64,000 bases of DNA from Camelus dromedarius. Its lineage: Eukaryota. The translations under genes and the position numbers were made by a program. The notes under the pieces were generated by a model. That model made no database searches, was not told the DNA's origin, and worked only from the letters and a program-made list of their open reading frames with translations. Shown piece after piece: positions 40,486 to 53,686 of this stretch (positions are counted from its first letter, which is position 1; each line of letters starts with the position of its first letter). Where the stretch lies: the NCBI RefSeq assembly GCF_036321535.1, contig NC_087436.1:63366001-63430000 (forward strand), written 5' to 3'.

Positions 40486-40946
40486 GGTTGCTAGAGAATA
40501 GGTTCTTGTGTTCTGCAGGAAAGAATTCAAGAGTGAGGCAGAGTAAAGTGAAAGCAAGTTTATTTAGAGAGATACACACCCCACAGGCAGAATGCGGGCT
40601 GTCTCAGAAGGTGTGAGAGAGAGGAGAGTCCGAGTGCGAGAGCATGATCACAAGGTGCGGAATTGTCAGTTTTTACAGGCTCAGTAATTCCATATGCTAA
40701 CAAGTACGAGGATTATTTCAACTACTTTGCGGAAGGGGCAGGGATTTCCAGGAATCCGCCCCCGCCCACTTTTTGACCTTTTTGGTCAGCCTAGGAACTG
40801 TCAGGGAGCCTGTGGGTGTGCCCTGAGGCTCAGGGTCTACTGGAAGTGGGACCTTTTGCTGTCTTGGTTGTAACCAGTTTGTCCTGCCCTCAATTGCTGT
40901 GTCATTCCTTCAGTGGTTGTGCCCTGTCCCCTAACCTCCTGTCTCA
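40486..40946 (-). mobile_element. MER41-like ERV1 solo LTR with perfect 4-bp TSD
   Basis: TSD aagt at 40482-40485 and 40947-40950. Minus-strand AATAAA (plus tttatt 40559-40564). MER41-type wording gaaagaattcaagagtgag...aaagtgaaagcaagtttatt and terminal cctcctgtctca. Confidence 0.82.
40746..40754. promoter_or_regulatory. STAT GAS motif TTCCAGGAA in the MER41-like LTR
   Basis: Exact TTCNNNGAA. A degenerate partner, TTTGCGGAA, lies at 40726-40734. Confidence 0.5.
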
Positions 40947-41129
40947 AAGTAAAACTTAATAGAGCAGACATAATATATTCTCATACTGTACATCAATTCA
41001 TAACTTTATATGTGACAACCTGATTCATAAAGTTCAAGCAGCAAAATTTTTTTGAGCACATACCTTGTGCCATGCACTGCTCTAGGTCCTGGGAATTGAA
41101 ATCCATCATTTTGATTTGATATATTAATA

Positions 41130-41412
41130 ACCATAAAGGATAAATAATATTAATACATATTTTATGTACATGCAACTCATGGAGTTTTTGAGGAGCTAAT
41201 AATATGTATATGTATTTTAAGAAATAGAGTTGAAGGTTAAAGTAAATTTAAAATATTGGTTTTATTACTACAGAGTTTCTCAGAGCCTTTAACGTGCATG
41301 CTTGCATTGTTTATTTCCAAGAAAGGAAAGTAGGCAATATTTTCATATCTTATTTGCCTGTAGAACCCTTTTCTTCCAGAGCAGCAATGAACTAGTTACT
41401 CTAGTGTTCTGG
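41130..41412. mobile_element. hAT-Charlie DNA transposon remnant (Charlie4-like)
   Basis: tttctcagagcctttaacgtgcatg...cttatttgcctgtagaaccctttt...ctagtgttct resembles a Charlie-type terminus. Confidence 0.5.
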
Positions 41413-42098
41413 GGGTGTGGAGGGGAGGGGAAGGCAATGAAGAGAAGAGGTAATAGGCCAAAGGAAAGACCCAGAGGTTAAAACCAACAAGTTTTTCTAA
41501 GAAATCTATGCATAGTAAGTAGTAGTAATTTTAATAATTTCCCTTTCTTTCTTTTTCTTCCTTTCTTCCCTTTCTTTCTTCTCTGATACAGAAAAGATCT
41601 TGTGCTCTCTTTTTATGTTTGTTTTTGATGTTAAACACAGTCAAGGTTTTATATTTTTTAATTGGCTCATTGAGTCTCTACATGCTCATAAAAATGTGGA
41701 GTGGGAAGAGTGTCTCCTTACTAACCAAATTTTAATTTGCAGCCATTTAGACTGAATTAGAAAATACTCTCAGAGCAAAACCAACCTTTATAGCTCTCCT
41801 TTATCTTTCTGAGCTTATTTCACTAAGAGTTGGGCCAGGTAATTCTGTAAGTTTATCAGCATTTTGATAAAATGATAAATTGCACAAAGTTTTATGTCTT
41901 TTTCTTTTCTTTTTTTCAATAAACCTGCATTTCATTTATTTTCAGTGAAATAATTGAATAAATTTGCTGCCATAACTACACCTCAGAATCCATTATATAT
42001 ATTGAATTTTTAAAAAAAAAGTTAAAACAGGCAGAAATTTATTTATACTTAAGTTCTGAGTAATAGTAAAAAAAAAAAAAAAATTAAAGCAATCCAAA

Positions 42099-42417
42099 TG
42101 TTTAGAAATAGTATTGCAATAGAGAAGAGAGACGGGTTCAACTTCAAATACAACAAGAACAAGTGAGGATTTATAGCCAAAAGGATGTCTGAGGAGAGAC
42201 ATCAAGGGTAGGAGATTAACAGGATTCTTGCTGAAGACAGGCCAGAGAGATCAGATATCGTGGGTGGAGGATTCTCTCTAAACTGACAGCAGGATTCTTG
42301 CTGTAAAGTCAATCTATGCAGGCCTGGTAAGGATTGGGGGCCAAGTTTGAAACCTAGTCTAAAAGAGGGCTCACAGAGGCCTTGACTAAAATTTGACCAA
42401 GAAAAGAGTCTTTGTCA
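42099..42417 (-). mobile_element. Old ERV1 LTR remnant (MER90/MER110-like)
   Basis: Repeated caggattcttgctg motif and terminal agagtctttgtca. Confidence 0.6.
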
Positions 42418-42489
42418 CTAATTTATTATGCATTTATTAAACTCTTGTTTTAAAATAATTCTACTTACCTGGAATACTCATCCTTTCCT

Positions 42490-42845
42490 CATGAAATATT
42501 AAGTGAATAGCTACCATATTCCAGTCATATTTTTGGGCAAGGAGAAACCCAATGGCTGAAAACAAAAAAGAAGAAGACTGATAATGGCCTTGCTTGAGAC
42601 GAGGAACACTCAATATACAAATAATCTTAAATACTGATACTTTAAGGAAGAAAATACATTAGGATAATGTTATAAGGAGTGATAGTGGAAAGAGTTTAGA
42701 AAGGGTGGTCTGGGAAAGGTTTTCTGATAAGATAATATTGGAGCCAAAACCTGATGACTGAGGGGGAGTCAGCCACAAAGAATGGTAGAAACAGCATCCA
42801 GGCTAAAGGTAGCTGGCAAAGAGCCCCGAGGCAGGAACACACCTG
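42490..42845 (-). mobile_element. L2 fragment
   Basis: agggtggtctgggaaaggttttctgataagataatattggagccaaaacctga matches an L2 motif. Confidence 0.65.
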
Positions 42846-42869
42846 GGACTACACCCTAAATGAACTTTC

Positions 42870-44065
42870 TGCTTCCCCCCTTGCTCATTACTAATCTATT
42901 CTCACCATCTTCCAGAACAGTCTCTTCAAAATATAAATCAAACTATCATTTTCCTGTTTGAGACCTCGCAGTGACTTCTTGCCTCACTCAGGTTAAAGTC
43001 CGTGGTCTGTTTGATGGTCCACATGATCTGTCCCTTTTTCCATATTCTGTTCCTTCATGGCAACCTCTGAAAGTCAGCTACTTCCATTCCCATCCTAGTT
43101 CATTCAGCTGCAGCCATATGGTATAGGGGAATAAAATTTGCCACCCTAAATTGTCTCTTTGGCATGCAGATTATTTCAAGCTGTAAACAATCAAGGCACA
43201 ATTTAGGAAGAAATGTTGACCTTCCCCCTAATTGCCTCAAAAAAAAAAAAATTAGATTGAGGGACTATTCCTAGAATTGAGCTGTGTCCACAAAGAGGAT
43301 AGGCTAGATGTGGTGGGGACACCCAGTAGGCCCAGAGACCAGAGTCCACTCTGTGTCCCATTGTCTCTGCATGGCCCTACAAACATTTGTTCACCCAACA
43401 TTTGCTTTTCCATCTTCATATAGATTGCCTTCCTCCCCTTTGAAATCCCAGACCACTAACTCCCAACATCCTCTTTTATCTTTAGTTGAAGACGATATTT
43501 CAGATGAGGGGTTTAACCATTTTGGTGAGTTACTCAGTTTTCGTGGGTCTCTGCCATGTATACATGGTTTTAAATTTTTATTTGATTTTCTCCTGTTAAT
43601 GTGTCTCATGTCAATTTAATTTATTCTTAGACCAGCCAGAAGAACCTAGAAGGGTAGAGGACATTTTCTTCCTCCCTAGCCTGTTGGCTGCAATTTGAAG
43701 ACACCAACATGCTCCTTAGGAAATTTGCACTTCCTGCTTCCTTCTCCCTCAGATACTTTCTTGACCCTTTTTTTTCTTTTAATTTTGGTTGCCACTCAAA
43801 TGTCACCAGAGCAAAAAAGTCTACCAACCATCCTCAATTTAAATAGCACCCTGCCATCTAACTTTCTCACTGCTGAATCTGTTTATTCTTTTCCATTGCA
43901 CATATAATTCCTAGTATTTTATGTATTTTTTATTAGCTTTCAACCACTATGCTGCCTTTTGGAAGCTCCAGGACAGCAGAGATTTGCTAATTTTATTAAA
44001 AATGGTATCCTTAGCTCCCAGAAGTGCACTTAAAGATAGCAGGTATTAAATGCTTATTTCTTGCC
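42870..44065 (+). mobile_element. L2 3' region interrupted by an ERV1 LTR
   Basis: L2 motifs on both sides of 43122-43680, ending ggaagctccaggacagcagaga...gcaggtattaaatgcttattt. Confidence 0.65.
43122..43680 (+). mobile_element. MER34/MER39-like ERV1 solo LTR
   Basis: Starts tataggggaataaaatttgccaccctaaa...tctctttggcat and ends ttttctcctgttaatgtgtc...gaacctagaagggtagagg...ttcctccc. Confidence 0.8.
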
Positions 44066-46254
44066 TAAATTATCTGTCTGAGCTGTGTACCAATATAATC
44101 TTCATCTGACTGGTGAGATAATTGTGATTCACAGAGTTCATCTAACTTACCTAAAGCTGCATAGCTTTTAAGATACAAATCTGCTTATATCTTCCCCCAA
44201 ATGGTGTCTTTAAACATTTAGTAGAACACATTTATAAATTATTGGTAACAATGTAATATTGTTAAAAACAATAACATTTGAATAATTGTCATGTGTTTAA
44301 AATATAGAAATTATAACTTTAAAGAAATCTCATGATGGATAAAAAATAAGGAATCATCTATGAGTCAAAATTTTAGTGTTGACTAAAAGAAGTCTAATTT
44401 TGTAGTAATTTTAGAAGATGAACTATTATATATTGCTTCTCCTTAATCAGACGTATGCTAAAAAGGAGAAAAATGTAGTATTCATATACTGTATAATCCA
44501 TATATACAACTATGGAATTAGGTCATACAGTTCAAAGCAGTAACTGTCAGATACAGGGTATAGATTTCATTGCTCATCCTCTGACATATGAATTTCAATA
44601 TCTTTATCTTGTAAAAGCTTTCATGTGTTTTACATTTTCATGTGTTTTGGAAGTTGTATACTTCTTACTAACGGTAGAGGTTAGAACTGAAAGCACTTAG
44701 AAATAAACCATCCTACTTGAAAGAAAGACAAATGCAGATGAATTGTGAAATAATTATTTTTAAAGCTTTTGGATGAATATGTGAAATTAGGGATAAAAGA
44801 ACAGGTAGAATGATTACTTGATAAATTGGAGTATTGTGTTTTGAAAGGAAGGCAAATACTAAGCAACAAAGACAATTCTGAGACTACATAATTAAACCCT
44901 CTCATGAAAGAAAAAAATGCCTCCTCTTACCCATAGTTTGAGGCTGTCTTTAGCATAAAAGATACTGTTGTAATTAGAGTGATGTACAGCACAAGTACCA
45001 AATTATGTTTATTAGTGGATAAAAGATTCGCATGTAGTATTTTTTGTGTTGTTAAAAATGAAAATTACATGAACTCCTTTGATAGAACATAATAGAACAT
45101 TTTTGTTATAATGATATATTTTCTTTCTAAATGGGCTTAAGTGAAAAAGCTGTAGAAGTGACTTAGCTTTAGCAATTCCATTAGCCACTGCCTGTTAGGA
45201 TCTCAAGAAATTTATAGAAACCTAAAATACAACTGATATAACTTTTAGAAATCATTGCAGCAGGACTTACTGAAATAAAATATAAAATAAAGGATTTAAA
45301 TTCAGGGATACATATATCAGTGAAATAACTAATTAACCTAATTATGCAAATCATAAATCTGACAGTTCAATTGCTAGGATTTTAATATAACAAATCTTGA
45401 AGTGTGCTACATCAATTAAATTTTGGAGGAAAAAGTACCTTTTTGATAAGAACAAAATTAGTTCATTTCTTAAATGCATTAAATCTTTACATCAACTGAC
45501 CTATCCTTTAGTGTACTAAAGTAAGAAACTTACCAAATTTAACTTTCAAATATTTATATGGCAATTTACTACAGCAAATATGTAGCCACGGGCAGACTTC
45601 TGACACTCAGCAAACTTCCCTACTACTTTCCCTAGAGGTGTGTACTGGGAGAATTTAAATTAACATTATTAACAATTAATGAAAAAATTATTAAAGGGAT
45701 AAGCATTTGGTGCATATTTGCTCACATGGAAACACAAATATATATAAGTACTGGGTATGTGCATGCACACTGACATTGTGATAAAGCAAGATAACCATAT
45801 TCCCAATATTGCTGAGTTCTTCAGTAATACTATTAAATTCTTTAACTGAAGCCTTGCAAAGGTAGGATCTAGAACTATGTAAGAAACTGGAAAGCATAAT
45901 AGGTGTACAATACTGGCGTAGTAAACTATTAAAAAAAAAACTAATGTGGTGAAATCAAGTGAGAGTTACATTTCTAGGAGGAGGCAAGCAACATTCTACT
46001 ACATCTGAAGCAATAGCTTAAAAAGAAACATATACCTCATAATTGGCAGGAAAAGCAATCAATCGGAGGAAGACACTGACAGCATGAAAAAAATGTGAAT
46101 AAAGCTTGGATAATGGGAAAAAAATTGATAAAATCTTAACATGGATTCTGTGCCAAATTATAGTAAATAAAATAGAAAGATGAGTGAAATGATTGTATAG
46201 CAGTCTGAGAATATTCAGTGCATCCAAAAATTTCCTTTTTTTTTTTTTTTTCTT

Positions 46255-46720
46255 TTACTAGTTTCTGGGGCTGCCATACAAAACACCAAAAACTGTGTGG
46301 CTTAAAATAATAGAAATTTATTTTCTCACAGTTCTGGAGGCTAGAAGTTCAAAATCCAGATTTTGTGTGGGCTATACTCCCTTGAAGCCTGTAAGCGAGA
46401 ATCCTTCCTCGCCTCTTCCTAGTTTCTGGTGGTGACTGTCAATCCTTAGTATCCTTTGGCTTGTAGCAGTATCTCTCTAGTCTCTGCCTCTCTCTTCACA
46501 CGGTGTTTTCCTTGTGTCTTCACATATTCTCCCTACTATGCACATCTGTTTCTGTGTCCAAATTTCATCTTTTTATAAGTTCACTGGTCATGTTGGATTA
46601 GGGACCACTCTCATGACCTCATTTTAAATTGATTACTTTATAAAGACACTTTCCATATAAGGTCACATTCTGTGGTATTTTGGGAAGGAGGGGAGAGGAG
46701 GCATAATTCAACCCATAACA
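46255..46720 (-). mobile_element. MLT1C-like MaLR solo LTR
   Basis: tctcacagttctggaggctagaag, gcctcttcctagtttctggtgg, ggattagggacc, aaggtcacattctg and terminal aattcaacccataaca. Confidence 0.88.
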
Positions 46721-47584
46721 GTTTTATTCCCAACATATGACATAAGAAACGTAAGTACTAGGCCAGGTTCTAAAATTTGGGGAGGCAGTTTATACAGAGA
46801 TAAAGAACTGACCTCCAATACAGACTGACTCCACCCCTTAATCGGAGTGTTTGGCATCCTATGGCACACCACCACATCACAAAGTCTCTTCATTTGTAGA
46901 TAACAGTACTCCACATACAACTTGTGAGGATTACCAGAATGCTGACCATGAGAGTCCAATCTCTAAAACTCCCTGTTAATCAAAATCACAGGATAGCCAC
47001 TGTTCAGTTTATGTAACAAAGTTTCCTGGCCTACGTGTGGATAAAATCTAAGACCCAGACCTTATGTCTGGTATTCTAATCAAGAGACCAGACTAACATA
47101 CTAACTTGCTCACAAAAAAGTCCTTCAGATGCACATAAGCAAGGTTCTTTATCTCCCCATTTCAAAATCTAGTTCTAGCATATAAATAATTGTTTAGAGA
47201 TCTCCAAATTAAAGCTTTTTTAGATAAATTTTATAGTACCTCTAATAAGATAATATCACTGCTTACTATAACTATTTCATATTATTTTATAGTTGAAATC
47301 GCAACATTACTTGTTTTATCTCAATTCTCTGTCCATACCACTAGATAGAAAATAGAGATGTAGAATTATGCCTAGAACAGTGAAGAATTCTTTATCAAAG
47401 ATTTTCAGATAAAAAATTTTTTATCTTTATAAACCATTTATTATAAACTACTTATAAGCTGACTTATTGCTAGAGTCAGGAGTATATTGCTGCTCCAAAT
47501 CCAAAAGATATAGTATAAATGTGCCCAACCTAATACTTATAAAGCCACTGGAATTGCTTTTTTATTTTGTTTTTGCTTTGTTTT

Positions 47585-48158
47585 AAAAAATAAACTTTTA
47601 ATTTTTATGATAGCTTTTGACGTACAGAAAATTTGGAAAAATAATGCAGAAACCCTCAGATAGCCTATAATGTTTCCTGTTTCCTATAATGTTAGTATCT
47701 TTCATTAGTGTGGTACATTTATTACAACATAATAACCAATATTGATATATCATTATTAACTAAAGTCCCTACTTTCTTCAAAGTTCCTCTATTTTATCTA
47801 ATGTCTTTGTCTGTTCCAGGATCCCATCCAGAATACTACATGCCCCTCACAACACCGCAAGCTTCTTACTTTCATGCTAGTCCACACTCAGCTCCATCCA
47901 TTTTCAGAATTACCGTGTATGTTTTCCCACACAGTTTGTGGCTCCTAAGGCTTTTGCTCCAAGTAAGAAGATCTTGGTTGTGACTATCTATATTCACCTG
48001 TCTCTCCAGAATTCAAGGTGGAAATTTTCCCTGTAATTCCAGTTCTCTGATTATTCCAAGAAAACTCATTGATTTTCAGTTTGTCTGGCATCCTCTTGTT
48101 GTAAAGACAGAGTGATTATTTCCAAGATCTGTACATGTCACAAGTGAAAGTGGATGTC
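47585..48158 (-). mobile_element. Old L1 (L1MC/MD-like) with its 5' terminus joined directly to its 3' terminus
   Basis: 48158-47842 on the minus strand resembles an L1M 5' end (gacatgtacagatcttggaa...acaaactgaaaatcaa...ctggagagacaggtgaata). 47841-47585 resembles an L1MC 3' end (ctggatgggatcctggaacag...ttagttaataatgatatatcaatattgg). Confidence 0.7.
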
Positions 48159-48444
48159 CCTTAAAATTAATTAGAAACTGATCTCAGTTCAATGATAAAA
48201 CAACAAATTCAACTCTATGTACGTTTTATTGTTAGAGCTGATTTAGTACATAAAATACAATGATCACTATTTTTTATCGGAGATACAGTTAATGGATTAT
48301 ATAGTTTTGATATGTCCACATGGAATGGCTAGTAGAATCAGGAATAAAATATATCATTTCCTGAAAATCAGAATATTTAGATAGTCTTCAGTCCAAGCTC
48401 ATCCTATTGATGTTAAAAAGCATTTGGTATAATAATGTTAATTA

Positions 48445-48870
48445 AATAACATGTACAGATGTTCATAGTAGCTCCAGTCAAAATAGCCAGTGCCATCAAT
48501 AGCAACATGAATTAATGGTGGTATACTAAAAAATAGAATACCATATAGCAAGGAGAAAACAAACTGCCACAATACATAATAATATTGATGATCTTACAAA
48601 TACAATGGTGAGAAAAAGAATGGAGACACAAAAAGTACAAACTGTATGTTCTATTTGTATAATTTTCAAGAAATAACCTGTTTTAGAAATCAGGAGAAAG
48701 GTCACATTTGAGGTGATAGTGACTGGACAGGGCATAAGGGGGTCTTCTAGGATTCTGAGGGTGGTCCTGGTTAGCTGAACATGTTTACTCGCTGAACATT
48801 CATAAAGTTGCACAGTTATGATTTGTGCCCTTTTCTGTAAGTATGCTATACTTTGATAAAAAGTATAATG
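48445..48870 (+). mobile_element. L1ME-like 3' UTR
   Basis: aacatgtacagatgttcatagtagc...ggtcttctaggattctg...gatttgtgcccttttctgtaagtatgctatactttgataaaa. Confidence 0.75.
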
Positions 48871-51800
48871 TATGCTTAAACTAAAATATTTTAAAATATT
48901 GCTTGATGAATAAACTGTGGAGTTAGCAGTAGGTGATTGTCTCTAGTTTTTTTTCCTCCACACAAAAACTTTCAGTTGTCCACCTTTATTTCTGGAATAC
49001 AAATATTCTTATAAGGTGTTCAAGGACTAGCAGAGTTCTAACCTATTTCACCTTTCTATTGTCACTTTTCATTTTATTTTTTCAAGCAATCTTAGCTCCA
49101 GTCACCCCAAATTGCTTGTTATTCTCTGATATACTTTCAGATTTTGAATATCTAAATTCTGTATTCTTTAGACCATGGTGCAAATGCTCTCCTGTGTGTT
49201 GCTTTCTGTCTAGTACCAGTAGGTAGTAAGCAACTCAGGCCATACATTTAGCCCGTATCTTTCTAGTCTACACATGAGATCTCACCTTTACTATTATTTA
49301 AATAAAAAATACGGCACTTATAATAATTATGGCAGCTTGCCAGACTTCTTGGCTAGCTTAGCCTTCCATATAGTGCTCTCTGAGGACTAAGATGATACTT
49401 GTGGGAGTTTTTAGTTGCCAGGAAAGGAAAATGACATTAACCAACTAAAAAAAAGTTATTGTATTGAGCGAATACTAAATAACACCAAGAATTAAGTCTC
49501 AAGAACAAATGGTTCCTTAATGAGAAGAAAGAAAAGGATGACAGCCAGAAGTACAGCAAAATTCACAACATGGAAGCAGTCCAGTTAGACATCTCTTCTG
49601 TTAACATGAAATTCAGAATATTATCGATGATACCAAGTCCACTCCTACCCCAGGAAACAAGATACTGCTGACAAAACTGAGTGTCGTCTTCCTGGGGTCT
49701 TTCCCTCATTGGCTCTGATTAAAATCAGGGATGTTTGAAGCTAATTGGTCCCTCTTAAGTACTGTCCAGGTAAGCAGGAAAAGATCTGCAAATGCATGTG
49801 GCTGTCTTTTCCAGGTTCCTTAGCAACGGTAAGCTCTGCCTCATACAGCTTCTCACGTTGAAGAGCGTTCTCCTGAATTCCCTGTATATAGGAAAGGATT
49901 GGGATTCCCGACTGGGCAGTGAACAGTGTGACAAAAAGCCTCTGAGGTGACTTAACTCATCTATTTATCTTCAGTAGCTAAGACTCTGCTTAATGAATAG
50001 AACTTGTTTAATAAATGTTTGTTGAAGGAAAGGAAGGAAGGAAAAATGAAGGGAGGGAAGGAAGAAGGGGAATTGAAGGAGGGAAGAAGTCAACTCTCTA
50101 AAACATTAATATTTTTAAATTCCAGTAAATGGGAAAATATTTTATTTTATTTTATTTTTATTTTGGGGAACTTACAGATCTTTCCCTTACACTATCAACA
50201 TGTAATTTAACTGAGACATAAAACATATAAATATTTTTTATGTTTTTCTCTCTCAAGATCAAATACCATAAGAATGATAATATTTACTTCAGTTTCAGTT
50301 TCTTCTATTTCACTTTCGTAAAGAAGTACATCAGGTATTATCCACACTTCCTATCTTTCCTGGTTGGTTTTTTTTTTTTGGGTAGCACAGTCAACATCTC
50401 AGCTTAAATGTCACCCATACCCCATGAGATCTGACATGATCATTTCTTTCTAAGCCTGCTTGTAGTCCTAATATGATTCAAATTTTTTGAGGTTACAATA
50501 ATAAATGTGGGTTAAGTTTCAGGTTTCCAATGAAGACAGCAAACTGCCTAGGAAATAAGAATAAGCCCATGAGCTTAGATGCTTATTATATCAAGATTCA
50601 AATGCTCTATTACTAAATAAATTTAGGTATTCAGCCCAAAGGACTAATCATTTTCCACATATGTTCTTTTGTAGGAAAGGCAGCAATGTTTCCTTGTCTA
50701 AAATAAATTCCATTCTCACATTGCAGTGAAATTAATGCATTGTATAACAACATTGGTTAACATGAATTGTGGCAAGAAGGTTTATGCTTTTAATGTATAG
50801 TATCAAATAATAATAAACATATTGGGCTTACATAGGGGTTACTAAAATGAATACATTTATTAATAAAAGAAATAAATCTAATAGAATTTTGTCACTCAGG
50901 CATATGCAAGGAATAAACTATGGAAGTTAGTGCAATGGTAGAAATTATTTCAGTCTAAATTTTCTGTGCCTATTAGGAATTTCCTTTTAACCAAAGCTTC
51001 TGATACTGCTAATTAAAAGCAGTAAAAATGGCCTCAGCAATTGTTTCTGTCCTGCTTTATAAATTAGTTTTCCACTTGAAACCAAAATTCTTTGTTACAA
51101 AGCATTACAATTGCATCTTTCAATCCAAAGGCAAATCAAAGTCCTATATTTTTGTTTCTTCAGAAAGTGATGGTATGAAGAATTTGACTGAATCTGGATT
51201 GTTTGGAAATAACCACTGTGTGGAGTTTATATCTTATGATCCACCTCAAATACATTTGCACTCTGTATAGCTATTGTTTATCACCAAACCACGTATTTTC
51301 CTGATGTCAAAACACATTTTCATTCAACACTGGGAAAATATATTTAAGCAGGCAAGTTCTCTCTATAATGAAATTATATGTATACAAAGCACACAAGTAA
51401 TACATTTAGAGAATTCCAAGTAATTATAACACAATGGGAGGTATAAAATAGTTTATATACTTAGAGTACTAAAATACAGAAATAAGATGCAGCATTTTTT
51501 ATTCTTGATAATTGTGGAGTAATATTACATAAGCAGGAATATATAATCTCTCAATAAATCCATATCAGAATCAATACATCCTCTAAAATTGCTGTTACTT
51601 AATTTCTTTTTAAAGTACATACAAATACATATTTAGCAAATATTTATTGAGTGCATGAATTATCACAGACCCTAAATTAAGAAATGGGAAAACAAAGTTT
51701 AGTAAGGCACACAATAGATGATTTCACAATTCTTTGAGATGTAATTCATGCTCGCAAAAGAATGTCAACTGAGAAATATTGTCAAAAATGAAGACTTTCT

Positions 51801-53054
51801 TTGAACTAAATTGTCTCTATAGAAAAAATAAATGTCATCACAAATGAAGACATTGGAAAAAAATAGCTTGTAGCATTATGGTTTTGTAAACATGCTTTTC
51901 ACTTCTCTATGCACATACTTGCTTATTTATCTCATTCATTCAACCACAAATATTTACTGAGTATTTATATCACCAGCAGCATCTGGCAGAGTAATGGCAC
52001 AGGGTTGTATCCAAGACATTCATAGAGTCTGCTTTCATGGAACTTACATTCTAGTGGAGCCCCTAGGTATGAATCCATAATCATACATGCAGTGATTTCT
52101 GCTAAAGAAAAAGAGAGAAAGTACTTATGCCCCCAGTATCCAACAAGGTAGTTTTCCAGTGTGACTTTTTATGTAATGAAATGAGAGGTGGGGGCGGGGG
52201 AGTAGGGCCCATGATCCAGTGTTTTGAAAAGTATTTTCTTTGGTTTACACAGCAGGATTTGCTGAAAGAAATCTTCAATATTTCTGCGTCTTTAGCACCT
52301 GAAAGCAGAAATTTGCTTCCTATGACTCTAGAGAAATGAGTACAGAAATATGTCCTTGAACCAGACATTCCTTGTTTAGGAAGGATTCTTTTGGGAGGAC
52401 TTCTTAGTCATTCAGACCTAAACATTTTACTTACTCATTTTTCTTGATTTAACTGCAGACAAAGTGAGGTAATAGAAATATAAACACTCTAGACTCAACT
52501 GTTTATTCTTACATTTAATTATTTAAAATGTGGGACATGGGGGAAAATAGATTGTATATCTCAGAAGGATAATTTATTTGGTTTAATTTTAATTGAGGAG
52601 ACTGGCTATTTCTTTTGTATGCTAAAAACATGTTATAGTTTCCTGGAACTAGAAGGAAAAGGAAATAAAAGGAATATGCCTTGAGCTGAGATAGAACACT
52701 ATGTAGCCCAATAATTCAGTTTGTTTCAGATACAAAAGCATTAATTGGCAGTTTAATTAGTGCCACAATATCCATTCTGTCACCTATTATTGCATTTGCT
52801 GCTTGATTCAGAATGTTTGAGCTTGACTGTACAATGTTATGTAATCCATGGCACAAAATTCTATTTGCTTTATAGTAAGAGATCTAACTTGAACTTGAGG
52901 TTCAGAGAAGTCTTCTGAGTGTGCTGAAAATGAGCCTACATAAGATAAATAGGCATTTGACAGGAAAGGGTATTTGGAATGGAGGTAAGGGGGGTGTGGA
53001 GTTGGAGAGAAGGGTTAGAAAATTCTCAAGCACATGGAATCAGTTTTTCCATAT

Positions 53055-53605
53055 GTATTGAGATATTATTGATATATAGCATATGTAAGCTTAAGATATA
53101 TAACATGATGATTTGACACAATACATATTGCAAAATGATAAGCATGAAAGTTTTAGTTAACACCCCTTTCCCTTCATATAATTACTTTTTTGTGGCGGTA
53201 GCATTAAGATCTACTCTCTTAACAACTTTCAAGTACACGATACAGCACTGTCCATTGTAGTCACTGTGCTGTACGTTAGATCCTTAGCACTTATTCATTT
53301 TATAAGTAGAAGTTTATACCCTTTCACCAATATCTCCCCATTTCTCCCCCTGCCCCCAGCCTCTGTTAGTCACCACTCTGCTCACAATTTCTGTGAATGT
53401 AGCTTTTTTTCAGATTCCACATATAAGTGAGAACATGGAGTGTTAGGCTTTGCTGTCTGACTTGTTCACTTAACATAATGCCCTCAAAGTCCATCCATGT
53501 TGTTGCAAAAGCAAGATTTCCTTCTGTTTTATGGTTGAATAATATTCAGTGTGTGTATGTGTTATATATAAATGTGATGTATATGTATCACATTTTCTTT
53601 ATCTA
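53055..53605 (-). mobile_element. L1MA9-like 3' end
   Basis: ttaagatctactctcttaacaactttcaagtac...cagattccacatataagtgaga...ccatccatgttgttgcaaa. Confidence 0.85.
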
Positions 53606-53686
53606 AGTCTTGACATGAGGCCGTAGACATAATCAGTGGTCAGATAACTTACTACTTACTATTTGACATGAAGAATATTGAATTAT

